From NCBI RefSeq assembly GCF_036321535.1, contig NC_087437.1, positions 1,550,001-1,614,000 of the forward strand: a stretch of 64,000 nucleotides of DNA. The letters run 5' to 3'. Of this stretch, positions 1-11,415 are shown one piece after another (the stretch's first letter is position 1; every line of letters begins with the position of its first letter). The notes under the pieces are model-generated. The model was not told the DNA's origin. It searched no databases and saw only the letters and a program-made list of their open reading frames with translations. The DNA is from Camelus dromedarius. Its lineage: Eukaryota. The translations under genes and the position numbers were made by a program.

Positions 1-119
1 CAGGAGCGAAGGGAGGCAATGTCGCCACCCGGTGGACATCCTGTGTAGTGGCAGTAGGAGGCTTGGCACCCTTGGTATGGAGGTGGCAGGATGAGGTCCT
101 AGGGGATGATCGTTTCCAC

Positions 120-600
120 GGGTCTTAAAAATCATTGCTTCATATATTTTATCCATCTTGGGGTTTTCTGTAGGATGGTAAATATGGTCTCAGTTACTCC
201 TTCTTAGCTGGATTGATGAATTTTTTTAACGTTAATTTTCTCTTCAGTGATTTGGAAGCTATATTGCCTTTTAAGAAAAATTCTCTCTAAATGTGTATAA
301 ATCATATCCAAGTTCATAAAACTATATTTAAATGGACCAGTATTACTACAAGAGCCTCAAAAATGAAATCATCTCTTAGATCTTGTGTGTCAATCATGAT
401 TCATTTATCCTATTTTACCACTCTGCTCTTCCCAATGGTGCGTGTGTGTGCGCGCGTGATCTACACTTACTGATTTTTAGAGAGTTGCTTTATGTTTGTT
501 ATATTCACAATGAAAATATAGGTATAAACATCTTGGATTTCATTAAACACTACTACTACTTAATCACATGTCATCCCCATGTTTGAGTTATTTACTTCTT
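120..600 (-). mobile_element. Ancient L1M/L1ME/HAL1-like fragments (repeated in every unit)
   Basis: In consensus units the minus strand reads ggagtaacggagaccatgtttaccatcctac...ggataaaatatatcaagcaatgatttttaagac, resembling old L1M 5' regions. It is preceded by A-rich sequence (agcttccaaatcactgaagagaaaa...tcaatccag) resembling old L1 inter-ORF/HAL1 DNA. Assigned from recall; boundaries approximate. Confidence 0.45.
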
Positions 601-1412
601 TCCCAATCAAATGAGACATAATTGGCTAATTTTATTCTAGCGGTGGACTTGGAACCCTTACCTTTCTATACGCAGCTTAATTTTCTTGCCATAACTCGGC
701 TTCAGTGAGAAGCATGTTTTTACCGTTTCACAGACGGGCTTCCGTTTTGAACCACTAAACCATTACCGCACTCTTTCTCTCCATTCTTATTCATGAAAAA
801 GTGAGCTCTCTACTGGAGTAAAGATGCTTCACGTCAGAGATGTGTGGCTCCCTTTGCCAAGGTCCAGAAGAAGAGAAAAGGAAAGATTGCTGTTTCCGAT
901 GCTTCCATTCTGTCAGCTGAGGGATCTAGTTATCCGTGTGGCTGCCGTGGAACCTGCAACACCTTACCTCAGAGTCTCCTTTTTCTGGCTTACTAGGGGA
1001 GCCGCATTAGCTGAGTTCAAGGCATTCTGGACCATGTCGGGATCCCGGTGCTGAGGCAGCCCCTTCCCCCCACCCCCACTTCTTGTCATTTGGATCGTGC
1101 AAACTGTGTGCCAGCCGTGCGAACCCTGCTGGTGGCCAGGATTGCCCCCCCACGCGACGTGTCCCCAGTCCCTCGGCGTCCTTCACTGTTACCAGCTAGC
1201 TCCAGGAAGGGTGTGAGCTGGCTTCCACTGCCGTCCTTCTTCCTTCCTGTAGAGGCAGGCCCTCCATTTGCGCTAGTTGCCCCGAAATTTCTCTCCTGCG
1301 CTGCATACGCTGAAGAACTGCCTCAGAGTTTTCAGCTGCTAGAGGGCGCTCTTCTCCTCTCTTTGGTCCCCTTCAGCACTGACAGTGGAAATTGAGCAGG
1401 TGGGAAGGGCTT

Positions 1413-1875
1413 GGGGGTTCTCCGTATCTAGGGGCTCCCGATGCAGCAGATTCAACTAAGTGTGGGTTGAAAATATTCGGGAAAGAAACAGAAAGTTTCA
1501 AAAAGCAACACTTGAATTTGCCACACAACCGCAAATGCTTCCATAACATTGACTTTGCCTTACATACCACGTGTCACCTAGAGATGATTTAAAGTGCACA
1601 GGAGGACACAGCGAAAGACAATGTGACAATGAATGTATGAGTATGTTCCTGTATAACTAAAAAATTGTTCTCTACACTGGAATCCGACACAACATTGTCA
1701 AATGACTATAACTCGGGAAAAAAAGTTTGTATGTAAAAAGTAAAGTACACGGGAGGGTGCGTGTAATTGTCTGTAAGCCCTATGTCATTTTATGCAAGAG
1801 GCGTCAGAATCCATGGATGCTGGCATGTGAGGGGAGTCCTGGGAAAAGTGCCCCATGGTTACAAATGGATGACTG
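1413..1875 (+). mobile_element. MER2 (TcMar-Tigger non-autonomous DNA transposon), interrupted by an L1 tail; present in every unit
   Basis: Matches recalled MER2 landmarks in order: ctccgtatc, gattcaac..aa..gcgg.t.gaaaatattcgg, gaaagtttcaaaaagcaacacttgaatttgcc, ctagagatgatttaaagt, cattttat, gcatccatg, ggggagtcctgggacca, agggatgactg end (best seen in units 3-13). Confidence 0.8.
1606..1741 (+). mobile_element. 5'-truncated L1 3'UTR tail (camelid-like) inserted into MER2, with a 15-bp target-site duplication
   Basis: atgtgacaatgaatgtatgagtatgttcctgtataactaaaaaattgttctctacactggaatccgacacaacattgtcaaatgactataactc plus an A-rich tail. Flanked by aaagtgcacaggagg (1591-1605) and aaagtacacgggagg (1742-1756); the upstream copy sits in a TTT/AAAG context like the L1 endonuclease site. 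Confidence 0.8.
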
Positions 1876-2082
1876 GAAGCCCAGGCCCCTTGTCCCAGCC
1901 TGTCTTGTCCCCACGTGGTCTGAAACCTGCCTATGCCACACTCCCCATGTCACCCTCCTCCAGCCCTGCAAGACTGCCCTCTTTTTCTGGAACAGTCCAA
2001 GATCACTGCAATTCATGTCTGATCTCTAGAAATTCCCGTTACTTTCTGAGCATGGCTCTGCTTCAGAAAGGCGTCCTGCATT

Positions 2083-2562
2083 GCCGCTAGAGAAGACAGG
2101 ATGTGGGTTCCTTAAAAAACTACATTTGGAGTTAACTTATGATCCTGCTTTAACACACCTGAGAATAAGTGAGGAGGAATCTCTAATTCAAAATGTAACA
2201 TGCACCTCAATGCTCACAGCAGCCCTATTTATAACAGCCGGGAATAAAACCAAGCCAAACGTCCAACAGCTTGCGTGTGGTTAAAGGAGTAGTAGCCTAT
2301 TTATGCCATGGATACTACTCAGCCATGCAAAAGGATAAAACAATGCCATTTGCGGCCACATGGACTGACACAGGGATAGACATTCGGAGTGAATGAAGCC
2401 AGAAGAGGGAAAAATGCCGTAGGATACCACTTCCATGCAGAATCTAAACAAATGACAGAAACGAACTTAACGACCAAAGAGGAACAGACCCACAGACATA
2501 GAGAAACAAACTTACGGTTACCAGGGCGGGAAGGGGGTGGAAAGGGGTAAATATGGTAATTG
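2083..2562 (+). mobile_element. L1 (LINE-1) fragment: ORF2 C-terminus plus start of 3'UTR, decayed; present in every unit
   Basis: Translations LELTYDPA / LDLPYDPA..LGI..EKSLIQKVTCTSMLTAALFITAGTWK and YAMEYYSAMRKDK..FAAT..DTEIVILCEGSQK..CGI match the L1 ORF2p C-terminal motif. They are followed by the 3'UTR-like cagacccacagacatagagaaacaaacttacggttaccaggg and a G-rich tract. Frameshifts and stops are present. Confidence 0.92.
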
Positions 2563-2574
2563 GAAAAATGCCCT

Positions 2575-2722
2575 TCTTGGAGAGTGATGGAAATGGTAGC
2601 TATCTTGATGGTGGTGATGGTTTTCTGGGTGCAGACGTCTATGAAAATTCATCAAATACTACAAGTGAGATGTGTCTAATTGACCGAACAGAAATCGTAC
2701 CACAGTAAAGGTGTTTTAAACA
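2575..2722 (+). mobile_element. Old L1M (L1MB/MC/ME-type) 3' end fragment
   Basis: gtgatggaaatggtagctatcttgatggtggtgatggtttt...aaaattcatcaaat...a(a/g)taaaggtgttttaaa resembles ancient mammalian L1 3' termini including the polyA signal. Subfamily not resolved. Confidence 0.7.
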
Positions 2723-3008
2723 AACAGAGATGGGCTGCATTGTGTCCTCTGTTTCTATGTGTCTTCAGGGAGGCCTCAAGAGGGCGGTCCTGGCCTTTCT
2801 GACAACACGATTGCATGAAGCCCGAACGATCCATCGATGGGAAGAAGATAAGAGCCGTGGTCACATGTGGACCCCAAGCTTAGATATGGTGCGTGGGTGA
2901 CATTTATCGACAGTCCGGCGAGGTTCCAGCCAGAGCTATAGACCGGGGCAGCAAAGCGGGAGCGGCACTAAGGAGCATGGTGGTGCAGAGGCTGGACTGG
3001 GGGCCCGC

Positions 3009-3030
3009 AGGCTCCTCCCGGGAGGAGCCT
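3009..3030. repeat. Perfect 22-bp palindrome AGGCTCCTCCCGGGAGGAGCCT, once per unit
   Basis: The sequence equals its own reverse complement. Intact in units 1, 4-9, 11, 12; single mismatches in units 2, 3, 10, 13. Confidence 0.95.
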
Positions 3031-4230
3031 CAGAGTTTGGGAGGTGGCTAACGTGCCTGCTTCGTGTCACCAGCAAGTGATGCCACCTGTGGGCAATCAG
3101 CTGGAATCCTGAGAAGGATCAACCCTTTGTGATGCACTATGGTCTCCTAGCAGAGTGGGCGACAGACGGACAGTGAACCAAGCAACAGGCTTCTGAGTTT
3201 GGGGCCTGTGTTTCTCGTGCATTCCGTGTCTCACTGCACCTCAGTGTCGCCCAGAGGAATTGCGGCGGTGTTTCGAGGCTGATGGCCTCTCGGTTCCTCA
3301 TCAGCCTGGCAAGCCCCCCAGCCCTCTCTGGCCAGACCGTGGCAAGCGCCTTACCTTGTTCTAAAAAAGCCTTCCCATCCTCGCCTGTGGGGAGCTTTTG
3401 TTTTCTTAATTGATGGGAATGAGGATACCTTCCAGCCTCCTCAGGCCTACCTTAGTGCTTCTGCCATTTGACCCCGGCAAGGGGGCCCTCCCCAAACCTG
3501 CTGCCCTGGGTCTTGAACTACAGAGGGTCCCTCTGGCCCTGACACTCCCTCTGGCCACGCCCTCCACGGGATGGATTCAGCAGGGCCATGGGGACACGCC
3601 AAATGGCTCCACCCCATGCTCTGGAAACCCAGGATCACCAATGCCCTGACCCAGCAGCCCCTGACCCACTTCTAGTGTCTGCACCGGCTCTCGCCAGAGC
3701 TCAGCTTCCCAGGACTCACACAGAGGACAACGGTAAGCTGTTGGCATGGAGGGTATGGACAGAGCCCGGATGTGAGGACTGAGTGTCCCCCTGTGCACCT
3801 AAGAGGCCACTTGGGGCATGGGATGGACCGAGCATTGGGAAGAAAATGGTCTGCCTATTGGTCAGACACTGGGAATCGGCTCTCCCCACACTGTCACTTT
3901 CTGGGAAGGACTCCCCTGTGTCTGGGAATTGTAAAGTGGAGCCTGGCCTTCCCTCTTAGAATGAATGTGTCATTGTAAAGTCAGGAGTTTAGAACCTACC
4001 GCACTTAAAATGTTGACAAATATACGATGGGAACTACCAGATAAGCTCTGGCCCTGCACTTGCAAAGGACCAGAGCAGTTCTTTTGGCTCTGCTGAGACT
4101 GCAAGCGGCAAAGAACTTCTCCAAAGTGGAGGGGCTCCACCTTCATGCTCCGAATTCAGGAGCTTCTGAGCGGATGAAACAATGGACACTGAGACACTCG
4201 ATTGGAAGTTGCTTTAGAATTACGGCAAAG

Positions 4231-4447
4231 ATGTGTATGATATGTGTGTGCGTACGCGCTCGTGTACACACGGGGACGTGTGAGGTACGTGACAGTGACT
4301 TTGCGTGTGTGTGCGTGCCTGAGGACGTGGGTGGTTGTGTGTTATCTTATGGGCGTGTGTGTGGCACATGACTCCGAGTGTGTGCGTGGGGATGTATGTG
4401 GAGCAGAGACAGTGTGTCTGCACGTGTGTTTGGGTGTAGGTGCATGC
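4231..4447 (+). repeat. Degenerate (GT)n/(GC)n alternating purine-pyrimidine tract
   Basis: Runs of gtgtgt/gcgt, e.g. gtgtgtgtgcgtacgcgc in units 2-12. It accounts for the V/C-rich and H/T-rich spurious ORFs. Confidence 0.85.
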
Positions 4448-4604
4448 AGCAGTTTTAAGAAAAGCAGAAGCTGTCCCTTAGGAGTCTGAAGTAGTAAAAC
4501 TTGTATGGTGTCCCTCACTGTATAATTCAAAATGAAAATAATCTTCAATCACCAGAAATGTACTCCCCCCCACCCTGATTCTAATTTTTTCTCCGATATG
4601 GATT

Positions 4605-4726
4605 CTGTCTTCATTTTACTGATGGGGAAACAAGCTTAGAGTTGTTATGTGACTCAACCAAGGGCATGGAGCTCGCGAGCCCAGGGCCAGGATGCAGTCC
4701 AAGCGGCCCGGCTCCAGAGGCCCTGA
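4605..4726 (-). mobile_element. MIR SINE core fragment; present in every full unit
   Basis: cattttactgatggggaaac..gcttagag..gtta(a/t)gtgactca..caagg...ccagga...gctccagaggccc matches the reverse complement of the MIR core (cattttacagatgaggaaactgaggc..agag.ggttaagtgacttg.ccaagg). Confidence 0.75.
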
Positions 4727-5027
4727 AACCTGCTCACGACCGCGCGTTGCCTCTTGGCCTGGGGAACAGTTTCTGATGGCCAGGGGCCAGCGTGCAGGCT
4801 GCCCAAGCCCCGGATTCTGCAAGTTGGGTGGAGAGTACCAGACAGCAGAAGAGGGTAAAGGGCTGCTCAGAAATCAGATAGCTTCCTAGATCTTCGATGA
4901 GTAAGGAGTCTCACTGCTCAACGTCGATCCCTTTGCTGGTGGCTAAAAGGGACCAAGGCCCACGACAGATCTTCTGGGAGCTGCCTGCCGAAACCTGGAA
5001 CAGGACTGCTCAGGACTGGCTCTGCAG

Positions 5028-8000
5028 CAGGAGCGAAGGGAGGCAATGTCGCCACCTGGTGGACATCCTGGGTAGTGGCAGTAGGAGGCCTAGCACCCTT
5101 GGTATGGAGGTGGCAGGACGAGGTCCTAGGGGATTATCGTTTCCACGGGTCTTAAAAATCATTGCTTGATATATTTTATCCGTATTGGGTTTCACCATAG
5201 GATGGTAAATATGGTCTCCGTTACTCCTTCTTAGCTGGATTGATGAATTTTTTTTGAGGTTAGTTTTCTCTTCAGTGATTTGGAAGCTATATTGCCTTTT
5301 AAGGAAAATTCTCTCTAAAACTTTATAAATCATCTCGAATTTCATAACTCTATATTTAATTGGAGCAGTATTGCTACAACAGCCTCAAAAACGGAATCAT
5401 CTATTAGATCTTGTTTCTCAATCGTGATACATTTAGCATATTTTACCACTCTGCTCTTCCCAATGGTGCGTGTGTGTGAGCGCACGAGCTAAACTTACTG
5501 CTATTTAGACAGTTGCTTTAAGTTTGTTACATTCACAATGAAAATATAGGTATAAATAACTTGGATTTCATTACTCACTACCACTACTTAATCCCATGTC
5601 TTTCCCATTTTTGAGTTATTTACTTCTTTCCCAATCAAATGGAGGCATGATTGGCTAATTTTTTTTTGAGCGGTGGACTTGGAACCCATCCCAGTCTATA
5701 CGCAGCTTTAGGTACTTGCCATAACTCGGCTTCATTGAGAAGCATGTTTTTACCGTTTCTCAGATGGGCTTCCGCTTTGAAGCACTAAACCGTCTCTGTA
5801 CTCTTTCTCTCCATGCTTATTCCTGAAAAAGTGAGCTCTCTACCGGAATAAAGATGCTTCCCGTCAGAGATGTTTGGCTCCCTGTCCCAAGGTCCAGAAG
5901 AAGAGAAAAGGAAAGATTCCTGGCTCCGATGCTTCTGTTCTGTCAGCTGAGAGATCTAGTTATCCGTGTGGCTGCGGTGGAACCTGCAACAACTTGCCTC
6001 ATAGTTTCCTTTTTCTGGCTTACTAGGGGAGCCGCATTAGCTGAGTTCACGGCATTCTGGACCTTGTCGGGATCCCGGTGCTGAGGCAGCCCCTTCCCCC
6101 CACCCCCACTCCTTGTCATTTGGATCGTGCAAACTGGGTGCCAGCCGTGCGAACCCTGCTGGTGGCCAGGATTGCCCCCCCACGCAACGTGTCCCCAGTT
6201 CCTCGGCGTCCTTCACTGCTACCAGCTAGCTCCAGGAAGGGTGTGAGCTGGCTTCCACTGCCGTCCTTCTTCCTTCCTGTAGAGGCAGGCCCTCCATTTG
6301 CGCTAGTTGCCCCGAAATTTCTCTCCTGCGCTGCATACGCTGAAGAACTGCCTCAGAGTTTTCAGCTGCTAGAGGGCGCTCTTCTCCTCTCTTTGGTCCC
6401 CTTCAGCACTGACAGTGGAAATTGAGCAGGTGGGAAGGGCTTGGGGGTTCTCCGTATCTAGGGGCTCCCGATGCAGCAGATTCAACTAAGTGTGGGTTGA
6501 AAATATTCGGGAAAGAATCAGAAAGTTTCAAAAAGCAACACTTGAATTTGCCACACAACCGCAAATGCTTCCATAACATTGACTTTGCCTTACATACCAC
6601 GTGTCACCTAGAGATGATTTAAAGTGCACAGGAGGACACAGCGAAAGACAATGTGACAATGAATGTATGAGTATGTTCCTGTATAACTAAAAAATTGTTC
6701 TCTACACTGGAATCCGACACAACATTGTCAAATGACTATAACTCGGGAAAAAAAGTTTGTATGTAGAAAGTAAAGTACACAGGAGGGTGCGTGTAATTGC
6801 ATGTAAGCCCTATGTCATTTTATGCAAGAGGCGTCAGAATCCATGGATGCTGGCATGTGAGGGGAGTCCTGGGAAAAGTGCCCCATGGTTACAAATGGAT
6901 GACTGGAAGCCCAGGCCCCTTGTCCCAGCCTGTCTTGTCCCCACGTGGTCTGAAACCTGCCTATGCCACACTCCCCATGTCACCCTCCTCCAGCCCTGCA
7001 AGACTGCCCTCTTTTTCTGGAACAGTCCAAGATCACTGCAATTCATGTCTGATCTCTAGAAATTCCCGTTACTTTCTGAGCATGGCTCTGCTTCAGAAAG
7101 GCGTCCTGCATTGCCGCTAGAGAAGACAGGATGTGGGTTCCTTAAAAAACTACATTTGGAGTTAACTTATGATCCTGCTTTAACACACCTGAGAATAAGT
7201 GAGGAGGAATCTCTAATTCAAAAAGTCACATGCACTTCAATGCTCACAGCAGCCCTATTGATAACAGCCGGGACGTAAAACAAAGCCAAACGTCCATCAG
7301 CTGGCGAGTGGATAAAGGATTAGTAGCCTATTTATGCCATTGAATACTACTCAGCCAAGCAAAAGGATAAAACAATGCCATTTGCGGCCAAATGGACGGA
7401 CACAGGGATAGTCATTCGGAGTGAATGAAGCCAGAAGAGAAAAATACCCTATAATACCACTTCAATGCGGAATCTAAACAAATGACAGAAACGAACTTAA
7501 CGACCAAAGAGGAACAGACCCACAGACATAGAGAAACAAACTTATGGTTACCAGAGTGGGAAGGTGGAGGGAAGGGGTAAATTTGGGAACTGGAGAATTG
7601 CCCTTCTTAGAGAGTGATGGAAATGATAGCTATCTTGATGGTGGTGATAGTTTTCTGGGTGCAGACGTCTATGAAAATTCATCAAATACTACAAGTGAGA
7701 TGTGTCTAATTGACCGAACATAAATCGTACCACAATAAAGGTGTTTTAAACGAAGAGAGATGGGCTGCATTGTGTCCTATGTTTCTATGTGTCTTCAGGG
7801 AAGCCTCAACAGGGCGGTGCTGGCCTTCCTGCCAACACGATGGCATGAAGACCGAACGATCCATCAATGGGAAGAAGACAAGAGCTGTGGTCACATGTGG
7901 ACCCCAAGCTTAGAAATATTGTTTGGGTGAAATTTATCGACATTACGGAGAGTTTCTGGCCAGAGCTATAGGCAGGAGCAGCAAAGCGGGAATGGCACTA

Positions 8001-10061
8001 AGGAGCATGGTGGCACAGAGGCTGGACTGAGGTCCCGCAGGCTCCTCCCGGTAGGAGCCTCAGAGTTTGGGAGGTGGCTAACGTGCCTGCTTCGTGTCAC
8101 CAGCGAGTGATGCCACCTGTGGGCTATCAGCTGGAATCCTGAGCCGGGTCAGCCCTGGGTGATGCGCTAAGGGCTCCTAGCATAGGGGGCGACAGACGGA
8201 CAGTGAACCAAGCAACAGGCTGCTGAGTTTGGGGCCTGTGTTTCTCGTGCTTTCCGTGTCTCACTGCACCTCAGTTTCGCCCGGAGGAATTGCGGCGGTG
8301 TTTCGAGGCTGATGGCCTCTCGGTTCCTCATCAGCCTGGCAAGCCCCCAGCTTTCTCCGGCCAGACCTTGGCAAGCGCCTTCCCTTGTTCTAACAAAAGC
8401 CTTCCCACCCTCGCCTGCGGGGAGCTTTTGTTTTCTTAATTGATGGGAATGACGATACCTTCCAGCCTCCTCAGGCCTTTCCTTAGTGCTTCTGCCCTTA
8501 GACCCCGGCAAGGGGGCCCTCCCCAACCCCGCTGCCCTGGGTCCTGAACTACAGAGGGTCCCTCTGGCCCTGACACTCCCTCTGGCCACGACCTCCACGG
8601 GATGGATTCAGCAGGGCCAAGGGGACACGCCAAATGGCTCCACCCCGTGCTCTGGAAACCCAGGATCACGAATGCCCTGCCCCAGCAGCCCCTGACCCAC
8701 TTCTAGTGTCTGCACCGGCTCTCGCCAGAGCTCAGCTTCCCAGGACTCACACAGAGGCCAACGGTCAGCTGTTGGCATGGAGGGTATGGACAGAGCCCGG
8801 ATGTGAGGACTGAGTGTCCCCCTGTGCACCTAAGAGGCCACTTGGGGCATGGGATGGACCCAGCATTGGGAAGAAAACGGTCAGGCTATTGGTCAGACAC
8901 TGGGAATCGGCTCTCCCCACACTGTCACTTTCTGTGCGGGACTCCCTTGATTCTGGGAATTCTAAAGTTGAGCCTGGCCTTCCCTCTTAGAATGAATGTG
9001 TCATTGTAAAGTCAGGAGTTTAGAACCTACCGCACTTAAAATGTTGACAAATATACGATGGGAACTACCAGATAAGCTCTGGCCCTGCACTTGCAAAGGA
9101 CCAGAGCAGTTCTTTTGGCTCTGCTGAGACTGCAAGGGGCAAAGACCTTCTCCAGAGTGGAGGGGCTCCTGCTTCATGCTCCGAATTCAGGAGCTTCTGA
9201 GCGGATGAAACAATGGACACTGACACCCTCGATTGGAAGTTGCTTTAGAATGACGCCAAAGTTGTGTGTGACGTGTGTGTGCGTACGCGCTCGCGTACAC
9301 CTGGGGACGTGTGAGGTACGTGACAGTGACTTTGCGTGTGTGTGCGCGCCTGAGGATGTGGGTGGTTGTGTGTTATGTTATGGGTGTGTGTGTGGAACAT
9401 GACTCCGAGTGTGTGCGTGGGGATGTATGTGGAGCAGAGCCAGTGTGTCTGCACGTGTGTTTGGGTGTAGGTGCATGCAGTAGTTTTAAGAAAAGCAGAA
9501 GCTGTCCCTTAGGAGTCTGAAGTAGTAAAACTTGTATGGTGTCCCTCACTGTATAATTCAAAATGAAAATAATCTTCAATCACCAGAAATGTACTCCCCC
9601 CCACCCCGATTCTCATTTTTTCCCCGATATGGATTCTGTCTTCATTTTACTGATGGGGAAACTAGCTTAGAGTTGTTAAGTGACTCAGTCAAGGGCATGG
9701 AGCTCGCGAGCCCAGGGCCAGGATGCAGTCCAAGCGGCCCGGCTCCAGAGGCCTGGAAACCTGCTCACGACCGCGCGTGGCCTCTTGGCCGGGGGAACAG
9801 ATTCTGATGGGCAGGGGCCAGCGTGCCGGCTGCCCAAGCCACGGACTCTGCAAGTCGGGTGGAGAGTACCAGACAGCAGACGAGGGTAAAGGGCTGCTCA
9901 GAAATCAGTTAGCTTCCTAGATCTTCGATGAGTAAGGAGGCTCACTGCTCATCCTCGATCCCTTTGCTGGTGGCTAAAAGGGACCAAGGCCCACGAGAGC
10001 GCTTCTGGGAGCTGCTGCCTGCCGAAACCTGGAACAGGACTGCTCAGGACTGGCTCTGCAG
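5028..10061 (+). repeat. Macrosatellite unit 2 (mosaic of unit-1 type and consensus type)
   Basis: About 6150-7220 is nearly identical to unit 1. About 5800-6010 and from ~8140 onward it follows the unit 3-13 consensus. Confidence 0.9.
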
Positions 10062-10082
10062 CAGGAGCGAAGGGAGGCAATG

Positions 10083-10096
10083 TCGCCACCTGGTGG
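10083..10096 (-). promoter_or_regulatory. Candidate CTCF site A (CCACCAGGTGGCGA on minus strand), once per unit at offset ~22-35
   Basis: Plus-strand tcgccacctggtgg is the reverse complement of CCACCAGGTGGCGA, close to the CTCF core CCASYAGRKGGCRS. Also at 5049-5062 and equivalent positions. Core altered in unit 1 (ccacccgg) and units 9, 10, 13 (cgtcacc). Binding is not shown. Confidence 0.65.
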
Positions 10097-11401
10097 ACAT
10101 CCTGGGTAGTGGCGGTAGGAGGCCTAGCACCCTTGGTATGGTGGTGGCAGGACGAGGTCCTACGGGATGATCGTTTCCACGGGACTTAAAAATCATTGCT
10201 TGATATATTTTATCCGCTTTGGGGTTTACTGTAGGATGGTAAACATGGTCTCCGTTACTCCTTCTTAGCTGGATTGATGAATTGTTTTTGAGGTTAATTT
10301 TCTCTTCAGTGATTTGGAAGCTATATTGCCTTTTAAGGAAAATTCTCTCTAAATGTTTATAAATCATCTCGAAGTTCATAACTCTATATTTAATTCGACC
10401 AGTATTGCTACAAGAGCCTCAAAAAAGAAATCATCTATTAGATCTTGTTTCTCAATCATGATACATTTAGCATATTTATCTCTCTGCTCTTCCCAATGGT
10501 GCATGTGTGTGAGCGCGTGATCTACACTTACTGCTTTTTAGACAGTTGCTTTAAGTTTGTTACATTCACAATGAAAATATAGGTATAAATAACTTGGATT
10601 TCATTACTCACTACCACTACTTAATCCCATGTCTTTCCCATTTTTGAGTTATTTACTTCTTTCCCAATCAAATGGAGACATGATTGGCTAATTTTTTTTG
10701 AGCGGTGGACTTGGAACCCTTCCCTGTCTATAAGCAGCTTTAGGTTCTTGCCATAACTCGGCTTCATTGAGAAGCATGTTTTTACCGTTTCTCAGACGGG
10801 CTTCCGCTTTGAAGCACTAAACCGTCTCTGTACTCTTTCTCTCCATGCTTATTCCTGAAAAAGTGAGCTCTCTACCGGAATAAAGATGCTTCCCGTCAGA
10901 GATGTTTGGCTCCCTGTCCCAAGGTCCAGAAGAAGAGAAAAGGAAAGATTCCTGGCTCCGATGCTTCTGTTCTGTCAGCTGAGAGATCTAGTTATCCGTG
11001 TGGCTGCGGTGGAACCTGCAACAACTTGCCTCATAGTTTCCTTTTTCTGGCTTACTAGGGGAGCCGCAGTAACTGAGGTCACGGCGCTCTGGCCCTTTTC
11101 GGGATCCCGGTGCTGAGGCAGCCCCTTCCCCCCACCCCCACTCCTTGTCATTTGGATCGTGCAAACTGGGTGCCAGCCGTGCGAACCCTGCACCTGGCGG
11201 CCAGGATTGCCCCCCAACGCGACGTGTCCCCAGTTCCTCGGCATCCCTCACTGCTACCAGCTAGCTCCAGGAATGGTGCGAGCTGGCTTCCACTGCCGTC
11301 CTTCCTCCTTCCTGTCCAGGCGGGCCCTCCTTTTGCGCTAGTCGGCCCGAAACCTTCTCTCCTGCGCTGCATACGCTGAAGAACTTCCTCAACGATTCCA
11401 G

Positions 11402-11415
11402 CCGCTAGAGGGCGC
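11402..11415 (+). promoter_or_regulatory. Candidate CTCF site B (CCGCTAGAGGGCGC), once per unit at offset ~1340
   Basis: Strong match to the CTCF core in units 3-13; units 1-2 read ctgctagagggcgc. Binding is not shown. Confidence 0.65.

Larger units (their letters stand above)
1..5027 (+). repeat. Macrosatellite unit 1 (most divergent copy)
   Basis: Colinear with later units but with many private substitutions, e.g. gagaaggatcaaccctttgt at 3111-3130 versus consensus gagccgggtcagccctgggt. Confidence 0.95.

Noticed and set aside
4060..4548. Overlapping Cys/Val-rich and His/Thr-rich ORFs on both strands
   Set aside because: Products of the GT/AC dinucleotide tract, which is poor in stop codons.
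5010..5345. 111-aa minus-strand ORF (MKFEMIYK.../MNFEMICK...)
   Set aside because: Overlaps old L1-like DNA and the CTCF-like motif, is truncated by stops in units 1, 9, 10 and 13, and resembles no protein I recognise.
8167..8598. 143-aa minus-strand ORF recurring in units 2-13 as a possible arrayed gene
   Set aside because: No recognisable domain, composition typical of GC-rich non-coding DNA, and not open in unit 1. Recurrence is explained by near-identity of the units.
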